From: Paragordius varius
Taxonomy: Eukaryota; Animalia; Nematomorpha
DNA: 64,000 bases
Assembly (NCBI GenBank): GCA_964247055.1
Contig: OZ176052.1
Span: 9,858,001-9,922,000 of the forward strand
Direction: 5' to 3'
Position numbers and translations under genes: made by a program. How positions within the stretch are numbered: position 1 is the first letter of the stretch; the number at the start of each line of letters is the position of its first letter. A model generated the notes under the pieces. It made no database searches. It was not told where the DNA came from and saw only the letters and a list, made by a program, of their open reading frames with translations. Positions 15,651 through 29,481 of the stretch are shown one piece after another.

Positions 15651-16290
15651 GATACACTATTTTCATTCCAAAAAAACTACTAATATTTTAAACTACGTAT
15701 AAAAAAACAATATTTTATATAAAATTTTAATTTTTAAATGTTTCCGAAATTCCCAATTTTTTACCATTCTAAGATGGTTAGTTTTTTTCAAATGTTTCAT
15801 AAATTATGCTAAAAAATCAATAAAAGTGAATATTGAAATTAGGTTTTTTTGAATTTAATTTTAAAAATATTTTTTTGATCATGCGCCTAAAATGCTAAAA
15901 AAAGCATATCTTTTAACCTAATTCTGATAATATTTTAAAATAATCATATTTTAAATGCCACTGGTATCTAAAATTGTTAATAATATTTTTCGAAATGACG
16001 CATTTACCTTAAAATTTTTGTTATAATGTTGGCAAATTTTACAATTTTGATATCGACCAATTAGCAAATTATAAATTTTTTATATCAAAGACCTAAAACC
16101 AAAAACCTTTTAGATTCTAATATATTTTTTTATCAGAATATATGTATTGTCTTAGGATATTTTCATACCCCCTTCCAGATTTTGAGCTCATTGAAATAAT
16201 AATTAAGTTGATCATATGTCGTCATATGAAATTCATGCATAACCTTATTTATTAGATCAAACCATGTTGCACATTAGTTAATACAAAAGG

Positions 16291-16375
16291 ATGGAACGTG
16301 ATGAATATTATGAACCAAAGGATTTAAATATTCTCCAATTGGATCCACCAGACAGAATTGTTCTAAAGATTGCAG
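16291..16375 (+). CDS. shot: Spectraplakin alternative first coding exon 1a
   Basis: [28 protein letters not shown] + G|GTATTA; phase 1 fits exon 32209; matches the LDPA(D/E)RAV(L/I)RIAD N-terminus of MACF1/DST/Shot isoforms. Confidence 0.85.
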
Positions 16376-18667
16376 GTATTAAGATATATATGTATATCAT
16401 TTAGATTTATTTTATATTAATATAATTATTTTCAAAATTTTAATCGAGATTTGGCTTTTCTATTATGCACATATATTTTTATTACAATTAAGTTTCAGCC
16501 CAATTTATTTAATTATTTTTGTGTGTATTTCTATTTTTTAAACTTATTTGAGTTATTATACCTATCCTATGTTTAAAATATAAAGTTTGGAATCAATAAG
16601 TTTCTGTTTTTTTACCTTGCCACAAGTAATCCATTAATATCTGTTAAGCAGGATTCAGCAAATAAGATTTTTTTACATATTTAATCAATGCTGCGTGCGT
16701 GTGACAAAGTTTTCTTTTAACGATATATATATCGATATTTAGGCAACATATAATCTATCATTCTCTGTTGCACACATTTTATCCTTATAATGAAATTAGT
16801 TATGCTAATTGCATAATATATTTACTCTATCTATGATACATTAACTAAGGTAGAATATGTATGCATTAGTAAATTATCCACACCTACTTGTGGATAAAAC
16901 AGCAGTTTAAAATGCATAATCTATTTATTTAGGATACTACTATATATGTATTTATCATAATTAAACCCAAACTTAAATTCTTTACCATTGCATTTTCCTT
17001 ATTTTATAATTTTTCAATGTTAATTTTATTGGGAGTTAAATCGTTTTTCTGATATATTTATATATATTAAGCCAGCTAGTTAGCTTATGTAGCTTACCTG
17101 GAAAAATTTGTTTCTTGTTGCACAACACACGCCTTTTTTTCCTTATATATAATGAAGCTAGCTACCTGCGCATTATAGAAGAATAAAACCATCTTAGCGT
17201 TATCATTAAGGTTAATTAGAGGATTTTATTAGCGACAGTTTGCTACAAATAGCAAATACTACGTATTAAACCAATAATTTGCGTAAAATTTTTTTTCAAT
17301 TGGAATATACCTTTTAAATTTTTTCTTAGATTAAATAGGCATTTTTTGTGTAATTTAAATGTTCAATAATTACTGCTTTACGGTTATTTGTTAATCTCGT
17401 TTTTATATTTATTTTTTTATGCTCAAGGCAAATTTGTGGATACAAAAATTATTTTTAACTAATGGGTATTTATATGTTGGCACCAAACCGCAAAGGAAAT
17501 TTATCACAACCGAAAATTTCAGCGCGCTGAATTTTTATATTTTTTCTATCCAAAAAATTAATCAAAAATTAATTTATAAACAAGCTTTATAATTCACCCA
17601 TTATTTAGCATATGGTTTATTTGAGATGCTTATTGTATGATATGGTAGGCAGGATAATGATATTATTTTGCTCACTATATCTCACATAAAATTTTGTATT
17701 GATTTTTTAATATGAGTTGTCCTCTCTTCTTTGGATGCTTGCAAGCTTGTGTACAATACCTAGCTTTATTCTTGTTCGCTTTTTTGGATAAAAAAGAATC
17801 TATTAAAACATTTTTGTCCGTTACGAGTATAAGTTTTTTTACATCATACAACTAATATATTAACTTTTTAGAATGCCATTTTATATAATTTTAAATCTAT
17901 AATACATAAATATATTAAAAACCAAAATGAAAGATGGTTTCTTGTTAAGAATATTATAGTTCAAAAATAGACGGCCACATAAACCTTAATTAATTTAAAG
18001 CTTTTAATATATGTATTATTCAATAAAAATGAGATTATAGTTTGTAAAAAAATACTGTTAGAACGATAAAGCAACTAATTATATTTTTTAAAACTTATTT
18101 ACATCTAAACCAAAGTTTCAACTATTTTAATTTTTAGTATTAAAAATATGATGGGCATGAATACCATTATTTCATTGATTTGTCGCTCTGTTGTCTAATA
18201 GTACCCGTCGATAAACGACAATTAAATTGTCTTTTCAAATATTTTCTTTTGCAATCCTAATCTCATTTAAGAGAGGAGATCGCACAAAGTGCTATATTAC
18301 ATAATTTTTCAATTAAGGTGCATTTATCTTAAACGATAGAAGATCTCAATGAGTCAATTTCCAAAAAAATTTGATATATTCATATAAAATATAAAATAAT
18401 CTGAAAAATTTATGTTTAGTGAATTTAATTTGATATATAGCTGCTATTTTAAATTTTATTTAATGGCGTCTGTAAAGCGCCTCAAACTTTTGTAATGTTT
18501 TTTAAGATTCCCAATTAAAACCATATGTAAGTTAAACTCAAATAACTTTATATTACCAACTTTCCCTTTTCTCTTATCTCTAGAGTTTCAATTTTAATCA
18601 TATTTTTACATGTAATTATTAACGGGTACAAATTTTTATTTTTAAAAAATTTTGTTCAATGATTGCT

Positions 18668-18705
<38 letters not shown>

Positions 18706-21700
18706 TTTACATTTGAACACGATATCATTTACTTTGAAACTTTTATACTAGATAACAAATTTTGACTTTTTTAACTGCCATTTTTGAAATTTAAAATTTA
18801 TAATATAAATAGTATATATGAAAAAATTGGTCTAATACCTAAGAATTTTTTTATTAGGGTTTATCGTTAATTTTTGGCCCCGATAAAACATTAAACTTGA
18901 AATTTTCGAAATCAAAGGTTTTAAATATAGAGTCATTTATATATTTATAAAAATGGAAAATGTTGGCCTTGAGATCTGTTTCTGGAAAACTAGTAAACCT
19001 ATTCAAATCCAAATATCGAAAAAAGATAATCATTAATGAATGCCCCGACAATAGCGCCCTTTTTTTGAATCAGGCTCCCGGTTCGGGCCCACCCCGTGTA
19101 AAAAACGGTTTTTTCGGTCCACAAAAATCGTGTCTTTGAGACAATTTTCCGGAGAACGTGTTGGACCATTCAATTTCAAATATAATTTTTGTTTACTTAT
19201 TTTCGATTGCGCCGAACATAGTCGGCTCGTTTTTTAAATTAAGGCCCTCTTTTTCTCCGCTCCCCCCGTAAAATGCCATTTTTTTCAAAAAACAAAGCCC
19301 ACAAAAATAATTTTTTGAATCTATTTTTCGCCCAAGTAAACAATATATTAGTATGAATGCACCGTTTTAAAATTCCTATATCATAGTTATTAAATAATGT
19401 TTCGAAATAGTCCACATATGTGGATCATTTTATTTTCCCTTTTTTCAAATAGTCCCCCTTAGCCCCCCCAGATGTCCGAATGACTTCCTCGGGCTGCGTA
19501 GCAGCACGAGATTTACGCTAGTGTATTATATATATCAATCGAAAGAGCGCTATAAACTGTATCTTTCGAATGGTAGTTAGCCATTTAAATCTATCGTAAA
19601 AAGTTATTTGGCTCTATATGGTCAAAATTTTCAACCTTTAATTAAGTCAAAAATTTTCACAGACAAACTAATTAAAAAATCATATAAATTATTTTAGTAT
19701 TATTGGGTTTACATAAATATAAAATTTAAAAAATCTTTGAAATAGCTTTTGGTTTGCTAATAAAAATTATTATTTTCAAAATTATTTTACAGTGGATACT
19801 AAAATGCATAGATATAACTGTAAATTTTTAATATAACAAGCATTTAGTTATATATTTAATATTTTAAATTTTTAAATTTTTAGTATTCTAAAGAAAAGAA
19901 TTAATATTGATATGATGGTAATTTTAAAGACAAAAATTAAATAAAAAGAGTTTGAATCAAAAAAATTTCTCGTGTTATCTTTTTCAGACATTCATTGCCA
20001 TCTACACAAAATTTGAGCTATTTTCATCCATTAGTTTTAATATATTAAGAAAAGCGCTCTCGCTTTGCGGGTTTGTCGCTTCCTATGTCCAATATTAACT
20101 ATCGATGTAAAACATATTAGTATGTATTTTATAAAGTTTTTATAATTATATATTACAAATGGCCATATGTTGTATAATTTAGAGAAAAACATTATTGATA
20201 AAATTTGAAAGAAATCAAATTATACAAAAAATTTTTATTTCAAACTTAATGTTAATAGGATAGAAAATATCAGAAAATGCAAAAAACTCGAGTGGCAGAA
20301 AAATGTTGCCTAGTGTTATGCAGTAACGTATAAAAAACCATCGTTGCAACAATTTTTCTTTTCATTTAACACTTGGATACAACACACTCATTTTAGTCCT
20401 TCGATTCAAATTGGGGTAGTTGGATATCCCAGGCCTGTTTAAAATCAAATACCTTAAAAAGCATGGAAGGAATCGAAACCATGGCAAAATTTTGCACTTA
20501 TATATCATAAATACTAAATTTAAAATTTTTTTTATTAAATATTTGATATTAAATATTTTAAGCTAAAACCTAAAGGTAAAAATTTCGTCAACGTGACATG
20601 TGTCAAATGGTAAAATTAAAAAAATATTACAAAAGAAACCGCTTTTCTATTTTTATCAATGTTCGATGTAATTTATATTAAAATTTAGCTTTAGTTTTAC
20701 CCTTAAAATTAAATGAAGACGATATTTTGCAAAAAAATTTTAAAATAAAAATGGCGTCCAAGTAGTTTGAGATGAAACTTTTTTTTCAAAACAAAATTTT
20801 ATCAAGATATTTTGGCATATTTATATAATTTTTATCAGGATAGAAGCATAAATTTAAATTGGGACCGTTTCCTTCAGTAGTTTATTAAAAATCCTAACTT
20901 AAATTTAGTCTGAGGTATTTAGATACCCCAATTTGAATCGAAGTGTTAACATTAAATCTGTTTATTTTTTCATATAATATGTTGTTGTAAATCTTTTTTT
21001 TTCTATAGGCTTAATTTTACTTATAAGTTATAAATTTTTATAACCCTTAGTTGGTTTAAACCTGCCCTGTTAGCCACAAAAATCATTTTTTGCATTCAAT
21101 ATTTTGAATTATACTTAAAGAAAATGCGTCAGTTAAATTTTATTTTTACCTATGTTAGGGACGAAATACTAAATAAGTTTTCCACGATACCTTCGCGTAA
21201 AATATGAATGATTTTTTTTAAGTCGTACCATGGTATAATTAATTAAATTAAAATAATATAAATACAATTATATGTTACATATAACAGGTTTCTGGCATGA
21301 CGGAAAGTTAAAAACCATACTATGAAGATTTTTAAATAATTGTTTTTAATTGTTTGATTAACGACCATAAGCGATTTTATAGGAAAACCTCATCCATTCG
21401 GTTCTGTCGTGTATGCTTTCAGTAATAGTTTATGTGGGGGAAAGCGATCAAATTTTGTCCATCTAACGAATACGTCTTCGTCCGCCTCCTCTCTTCCATT
21501 TATTTTTTCAAAGAATATCCCTCAAACAATGTGTCCAAAGTATCCAAATTATTTTTTGGTTATTTTACCACGGAGAGTTTTGTGTATCTTGATATTGTTT
21601 GCGATATCGTTTTTTTTTCACTTTGTTCCTCCATGTTATACCAAGTATTTTGCTCCAGTAGAACATTTCAAAAGCGTTTATTTTCTTCTCGTTATCGTTT

Positions 21701-24700
21701 TTAATGGTCCAACTTTCACAGCCGTTTACCTTGATAGGGAATATTGGCGCGTTTACCGATTATGTTTTTAACTACACTGTTTGAGAGAATGACCATTGTC
21801 AAAATATATATTTTAGTTTTTCAAATTGTGGAAATATACACCTAAAAAAAATTTAATATATTTTATTCACCTTAAACGATTAGATATATTGAAGCCAGCG
21901 AATAACACCAATGGCTTTGGATTTATTTTTAAGTTTACATTTTAAGAACCATACTTCATTTTGTAATCATGCGAAAATGCAGTGATTTACCAAATTTCGG
22001 TTGTTTTTTAATTATCGATTTAAGCTGGTAAAAAGCTGTATAAAAGTTCGAAACATTTTATATAGAGTTAGAATAACCCTTTTTTACGACTTGAGAACGG
22101 CTTTGTAACCAGTTTTTAAAATTTACAATTGTTTTCTTATACAATGACGAATGTCTCATATTTTATGAATTTATTTTACCATTTTTTACCAATTGGATAA
22201 AATATCATTTTGGGTAATTATACATATTAATATATTTGCTTCTCAAAATATGATGTGTCAAATTATAATCGACCGCTTACAGAGCAATAAAACTAAATTT
22301 TCTTTTTACAAAAAAAATCCATATTAAGACATTCATTTACATTTTACCCAAATGTTTTAGAGTCAACATTTTCCAGATTCGATTTTTTCGATTACTACCT
22401 AACTAAAATATTATATATCGTATCATTGTGTCTTAAAATTAACCTATTATTACTTTTATGTTAAAATGATGTCGGATAACTATATGATAACATAAGCTGA
22501 AAATGTGGGTTTTTGTCAAATTATATTTATTCTGATCTTTCGAGAATGTTGGTCATTATGACAAAATCAAATTCCATATCTTCCCGGATAATGTTTAGCC
22601 AACTGAGAAAATTTTCAGCTTTTTCCATTCATAAATAATATGGCTTTTAAAAGTTGAAAAAAATAACCTGAAGGCCGTCGATTATTGAAGAATTTCATAA
22701 TATCGAATTAGAATAGATTCGCGGCTAATCTTTTATATTTTATGATAAGATATTGATATTAGTTTAAAGATAGGCCGCACACTTTAATACCAATTATGTT
22801 TCATACCAATTGGGATATTTGACGACCTCAAACATATATAATATGGCAAAAATTTGTATTGTGTCTCAAACAAATGATCCCTGTTAAAAGCTTCAACCCT
22901 TTTAAATTCCAATTGTATATTTTAAAGAGCCACCAATATTAATATTAAATTTTTTTATTAAAAGCGCTTAAAACTTCAATATGAAAGTTTTTTTATTCTT
23001 AACATTATTTGATACACATGTATGATAAATTTTGGGGAGAATATTTAGGTAAAAATTTAATCTGTGAAATTCTTATGTATATTAAAGTTGGTCCAAGGTA
23101 CCTCACCAATTTGCATCGAATTTTTTATAAATTAAATGATACCGTTATATTTTATATATTGCAAAGTTCATGGCTGGTACATATTTTACAATTTCTATTA
23201 TATAGTTTATTTATAAAAGTCATTTTTATAGAATATGTAGTTTTATTCTAAATTATTGGAAATCCTGACGGTTGCTGTATATTGAACTGAATGTAACTGT
23301 TTAAAATATCTAAATCAAATTTAATATTCGAATACAAACGTTTTATATTTTAGTTTTTAAGGTTGATTTAAATTTAAAAGGTGTATCCAGGATGTTTTAG
23401 GGATTTTCTTGTTTTTGACCACCGATTTTCGAGTTAATTTTCTGATCTTTTATTTACTATTTTTTTACAGATAACGGTTTTATAACATTGTTTTTGTGAA
23501 TCTATTTACGGGCTCTATTTGGCACTCTGAAATCCTGACAGCAATTTACATATACCTGGTATAAAAAAGCAAAAAGTAGGCAGATGATCAATATGATGCG
23601 TACCCTATTTTGTTCATTCGACATTAAACGACAAACACACACTAGCGTCCTATTTCTCAATAAGCAATTATGTCGAATTTTGTACCTGTAAGGGATTATT
23701 TGCGGCATTGCTCTTATTCTGTTAGAAGAAAATAATTGTTGAGAGTTATTGTTTTTACATTGATTTAGGACGGGTGATGAGAAATGACTTTATTTTGCAA
23801 TTTCAAAATCGGGACTTTCATCTTACCAAGCCGGTCCATCAAAACTTAGACCAAATCGCTTCAGCAAGAAGACCATGCTCTATGTCTAATGATATACCAT
23901 TTTTCAAGCAAAAACATCATTTTTTCAACCAAACGCACCATTTTTTCAAGCAAACGCACCATTTTTTCGAGCAAAGACAACATTTTTTCAACCAAACGCA
24001 ACATTTTTTCAAGCAAAGACAACATTTTTTCAAGCAAAGACAACATTTTTTCATCCAAACGCAACATTATTTCAACCAAAGACAACATTTTTTCAACCAA
24101 AAACAACAATTGTTTTAAAATTAGAAAGAATTTTTTTATTTTATGACAATTTAATATAAAGTATTTATTTAATTTTCAAGTTATGTTATTAAATTTTAGC
24201 CTTAATATATGATTTTTACTGTTTTATCATTAATATTTGAGGTAAATTGATTGATTTTCAAAAATTTAATTTTCCCCATAAGTTGCATTATTTATCTATA
24301 CTATTTGCACTTCAAGAGTGTCCTTGAACACTTCAAGTTGGTCCTTGAACACCTCAAGTTGGTCATTGAACACTTCAAGTTGGTCCATTACTTTTTCTTT
24401 GTTTTAAACTTTTATCAAAATCGTAATCATTAATTTATTTTATAGTTTTTGAACTGTTTTCAATTATTTAAGACAAAGAATCAATATCAACTTTTAATCA
24501 GAAAAATGTATATCTTTTTTAATTTTTTAAAAAATTTTTGAATATTAAAATTTTAACACCTAATTAAAAAAATCTAAGTTTTCTGGATTATTATTTAAAA
24601 TTTTTCATTGAAAACCAAAAGTTAATAATTTTGTTAAATTGGATAAAAATTAGTTTGAAATAATAAGTAATTTTTAAATAAAAATTTCAATTTTTAAATG

Positions 24701-27700
24701 AACAAATATATGATAAATAAAGAAAATTAGGTTAAAAAATATAAAATTAAAAAACACACGCAAATATGGTTAAATCAAAATTTAAAAATTTTAAGGACCA
24801 ACTTGAGGTGTTCAAGGACCAACTTGAAGTGTTCAAGGACACTCTTGACGTGCAAATGGTATAGATAAATAATGCAATTTATGAATTAAAATGTTTGAAT
24901 ATCAATCAATTTACCATCAAATATTAATGATAAAACAATAAAAATCATAATTTAAGAGTCTAAAATTTATTAACATAACTTGAAAATTAAATAATTACTT
25001 TATATTAAATTGTCATAAAATAAAATTTTCTAATTCTAAAAAAATTGTTGTTTTTGCTTGAAAAAATGTTGTCTTTGCTTAAAAAAATGTTGCGTTTGCT
25101 TGAAAAAATGCTGTCTTTGCTTGAAAAAATGTTGCGTTTGCTTAAAAAAATGTTGCGTTTGCTTAAAAAAATGTTGCGTTTGCTTGAAAAAATGTTGTCT
25201 TTGCTTGAAAAAATGTTGCGTTTGCTTTAAAAATGTTGCGTTTGGTTGAAAAAATGTTGTCTTTGCTCTAAAAAATGGTGCGTTTGCTTGAAAAAATGGT
25301 GCGTTTGGTTGAAAATTATGTTTTTGCTTGAATAATGGTATAGCAAAGTGATATTGTCTATTATGAACTTTTATGGTCCGCTGAAACCGTTAATATCCAA
25401 CGCGATCGCCAGCAATTGACTAAATTAAACCATGCATTTATTGAAAACCACCGCAATGGGCTAGAAATGGCCATGACAATGCTCCGTTTCACAAATCAAA
25501 ACCAGTGACATACACCTTAAATTCGCTTTGATGAGAACTAGTTCTGCATTCCCCAGACTCTCCTGACCTGACGCCATCAGACTATCACATCTTCGTATAA
25601 ATGAGGCACACGATGGCAAAGCAGCACTCACTTTAAAATATTCTTGACGAACGGTTTTCCGAAGACTATCGGTTTTTCTGGCACGGGATTTATATATTAC
25701 TTGAGAAATTGGCGAAATATAGAGAAACCGATGGGCGATATTAAGATAAATAATGTTTTCTTTAAAAACTACTTGTTTTTATATAAAAACCGACTTTTAC
25801 TGTCATCAGCTGATATCCCAAGTTTTTGGCTTTGGTAAATAAGATAGTTTGATTTTAAAGCATGTGAACAGTATGCCGAATTTGGTGTCAAGATTTTTAA
25901 AACCTTTTAGTTTTCAATCGTTGCAGCATCTTTCTCCATATATAATATTTATCTTTCGGCTCCCTTTTTGCTGTCCAACTTTATGCGGCGTTTGAGCACT
26001 GCAAAGATTAGAGATCTGAGTCTGTTAGTTTTCAAAAAAATCATGTGATCACTATAATTTGATAAGATTAAATTTGTCTCAACGCTAATCAACTCCACAC
26101 AGTACAAGCAACTCGATACAAATGAACAACGGATTGCGACAAGGATATGTTATCTCACTAATTCTCCGTCGCAACTGTGTGACAAAACATAAATGAATTG
26201 CTTGGCATAAAAATTGCCGATAATATAATATCTTCATTACACGAATGCTGCCTTATCCATTTCACAACCTTAGAATCTCTAAACACAATTCATTAACGAA
26301 TATTAATAATTTGGTTTAACCATTTATTACACCAAGACAAAAATTTTACATATAAACTAACAAATCAAATATGTTGAAAATAAGTTTTTTATGTTGTCTA
26401 AAATTGTTTGAGTGTTTAGCCATACAAAAATTTACACTTAATGTATCTGAGTGTTATTCAACTTACTTTAAATTCGAAAATTGATGGTTACATCGGGGCA
26501 TTAGATTAACCATAAAAAGAAAGGACCAATATGTGATTATATAAGGAATTTAGGGCAAATAGGAAATATTTGTAATTTATTTTTTTTCAAACATTTTAAA
26601 TTTAATCATTATAATTGACCAATGCTATTTGGGATATTAATTTATCTTAAACGGAACAGATTTAGGACTTCACCACATTATACCCGCATACTCTGCGGTG
26701 AAAAATGCGGTCATAAAAGAAATGCTTATGAAACATATATCATTCGAAAATGAATATCCATATAATAAATTCGGTTGATTGGCTAGTGAAAAGGTTATTT
26801 TAATTTTACTCCTATTAGCCAAAATCAAAAAATCGTATTTTTATCGAATTCTAGGTCCAAAAAAATTAAACCCAATGGAGGAAAGCGCGTCTAAATTTTA
26901 TTGTTAATGGCTATCATAAAGAGAATCCTAAACTCAAAATATTATCAATAAGCATGCTCCATTTTTTCAAAAGCCTCTTATTTGAATTTATGCTAAAAAA
27001 TCGCTCTTTGGCGTCTTCAAAAAAATTTCGATTACGCGGTAAAATATTTTAATTTTTATTTAACCGTCATATTTTACTAAATATTTTTAGTTTAATCAAT
27101 ATATTGCCTTTAATAATGATTTACTACAAAGTGGAATTGGATTATACTTTTTACCAAAACTCCAATAAGATTTTTAATACTTTATTACAATTTGATGCAA
27201 AAACATCTGTTATAGTTTTTCGACTATGGATAAATTTTTTACAAAATTGTGATTGAATATTTTGTTCAGATCGGCCTTTTTGATTCCACATTTAGGTGTA
27301 AAAATTTTTAATTAAACAACTGTCTGCATTGATATTTTAAAGAAAAAGTACAATAAATATTGGAAATTTTGTCAAATTAATGGCTACTTCCTTTTTGGTG
27401 CAAATCTAAAAAAATTTATTATTTTTCAACACGATATATATGATGGTTCAAATAAAAATCTTCTGCATAATGCATTTTTTTCAAATTTGACGCCAAAGTG
27501 CGATTTTATAGCTTTAATTTCCTGTAAACCTTTTAAGGACTATCTGAAAAAAATGTAAAGTTATTTGTAATATTTTAGCTTAAAATCCTTATAAAATACC
27601 TTACCGGTTTTTCGGTAAAAACACATGACCTTTAAAACCAAATTAAATTATATTTTATTTAAAATATTTTGAATCTCTCTCTGGTATTATATGTATGCCG

Positions 27701-29444
27701 TGCTAGAAAAACTGATTAATTTTTATGGCAAACATTTTGTCAAGCCAATTTCTAACGTCGAAATTGTTGAAATGCTGTGCCGTGAATTGCATGCATTATT
27801 GATGCGAAATTGTATAGTCAGATGGCGCCAGGTCAGGAGAGTTTAGCGAATTCGGATAAATTTTTCATAGCGTTTTTAAGGTGTCTTTCACTGTTAATAT
27901 GAGAAACGATGCATTGTTATATAGTAAACTCATTTGCCATGTTTTTTGGCTCATTCCGGTTGTTTTTCGATTTATGCATATAGGGATTGTGTTGTATATT
28001 TACAATTTCATGGGACTTCAAATCTTAACACACAATACATAGAGCATGGTTTTATTGGACGCGATTTGACCTTATTGTGTATGGAACGGCTTGGCAAGAT
28101 AAAAGCCACGATTTTTCCGCTTTAGATTAATAAATTAAAGCCATTACTCATTACCCGCCCCAATTTGCAAAAATTAAAGCAGAACAGAATTTCACAAGTC
28201 TCCCTGCGATTTTTGATTTCACGTTCATTTAAATTGTGTTGGATTATACCGAGTTTCTCGGCTTTTCACATTGCTTGTAGAAATACTTCTATTAATTGTT
28301 TCTTGTGATATACTGGCTTCTGCCAATCGTTTTTAAAATTGAGTCATCATATAATACCTCCTGAGCTTTAGCGCCTTCGCAGTTGTGTGGTCTGCCACAG
28401 GGTCTACACTTTTTCCCATGAACAACTTTAATATTTCGAAACCATGTTTTTTATCTATTCGATAGCAGTTCACAATATGTTTCTGCCCGCAAACGATATC
28501 TTTCAACGGCGTTTTTTCTGATGGCAATGCTTGCTGCAAATGCTCCTTTTTAGGCACAAAACTCGACATGATTTCTTAATGATAAAAAACGCTAGTTTTT
28601 GGTAAATATGACTTGTATGTGTTTTTCATTTAATTTCAGATGAACAAAATGGGGGGGGGGGGGGGGAGGGAATGTATGATTAAATTAATTGTCTGTGTGC
28701 TTTGTTTCTGATGACTTTTCTTAGTTAAACCCGTAACTTATAATTACACGTAGTATATTAACAAATAAAGTTATATTGACGCGTTTTTTAGCTAATTATA
28801 TTTGACGTAATATGCGATAAAAATGCGATTTTTCGATTTGGGCTAATGGCAAAAAAATTAAATTAACCTTTTTCTATAGTAAACCGCATTTATCATTTTG
28901 ATATTAATTATCCTGAGGCTTTTAGTTACCGAATGATAAATGATTCTAATTTATTTTTTGGTGCGCATCATGCTGTGAATCAGTTTGCTTTCTTTAGGTT
29001 TGAACCAAATAGTGTTTAATTATGTCGTACAGATTTTGGTCTCTCTCTTTCCACATTTCCTTTCCCGTTTTAAACATTCATAAAATTTATTAATATTTCA
29101 ATAAAATGCGTTTACAGAGATTTTAGTAAAATTTTTACCTTTTTTTTCTTTTTCTTGTCCCTTTTCCTTTCTTGCTTTTCCTGTTTATTTATTTTTTGCT
29201 AAAATAATTTTATCTAAGACATTTTTATTTGTTTGCAACAATTTCATTATTATTTTTATTAATGTTGAATCATTACTTTTATTATACATGGCTGGAAATA
29301 GTCAATTACTATGCAACAGATAGTTAGTTTAAATTTTACACTACAGGTATAAAATGTCGTAGAATATATAATTTCGTAAAATATTTCAAGAATAATATCA
29401 ATAATTACGTAATAATAATATTTATTTTTATTGCCTAGTAGGAA

Positions 29445-29481
<37 letters not shown>

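Noticed and set aside
21409-21771. 120-aa and 90-aa + strand ORFs
   Set aside because: Antisense to the RTE LINE relic on the - strand.
23895-24390. Regular 21-nt repeats resembling a CRISPR array
   Set aside because: No unique spacers, no cas genes, eukaryotic context.
23774-25249. ORFs with HFFKQRQ, LLEKMLS, KKCCLCL and EHFKLVL repeats
   Set aside because: Translations of 21-nt tandem arrays in the foldback arms, open in several frames on both strands.
28651-28670. Poly-G run as a functional G-quadruplex
   Set aside because: Lies in the decayed mariner 5' region; homopolymer length unreliable.
29311-29346. [12 protein letters not shown]|GT as a third first exon
   Set aside because: Phase 0, incompatible with the phase-1 exon at 32209; no homology.
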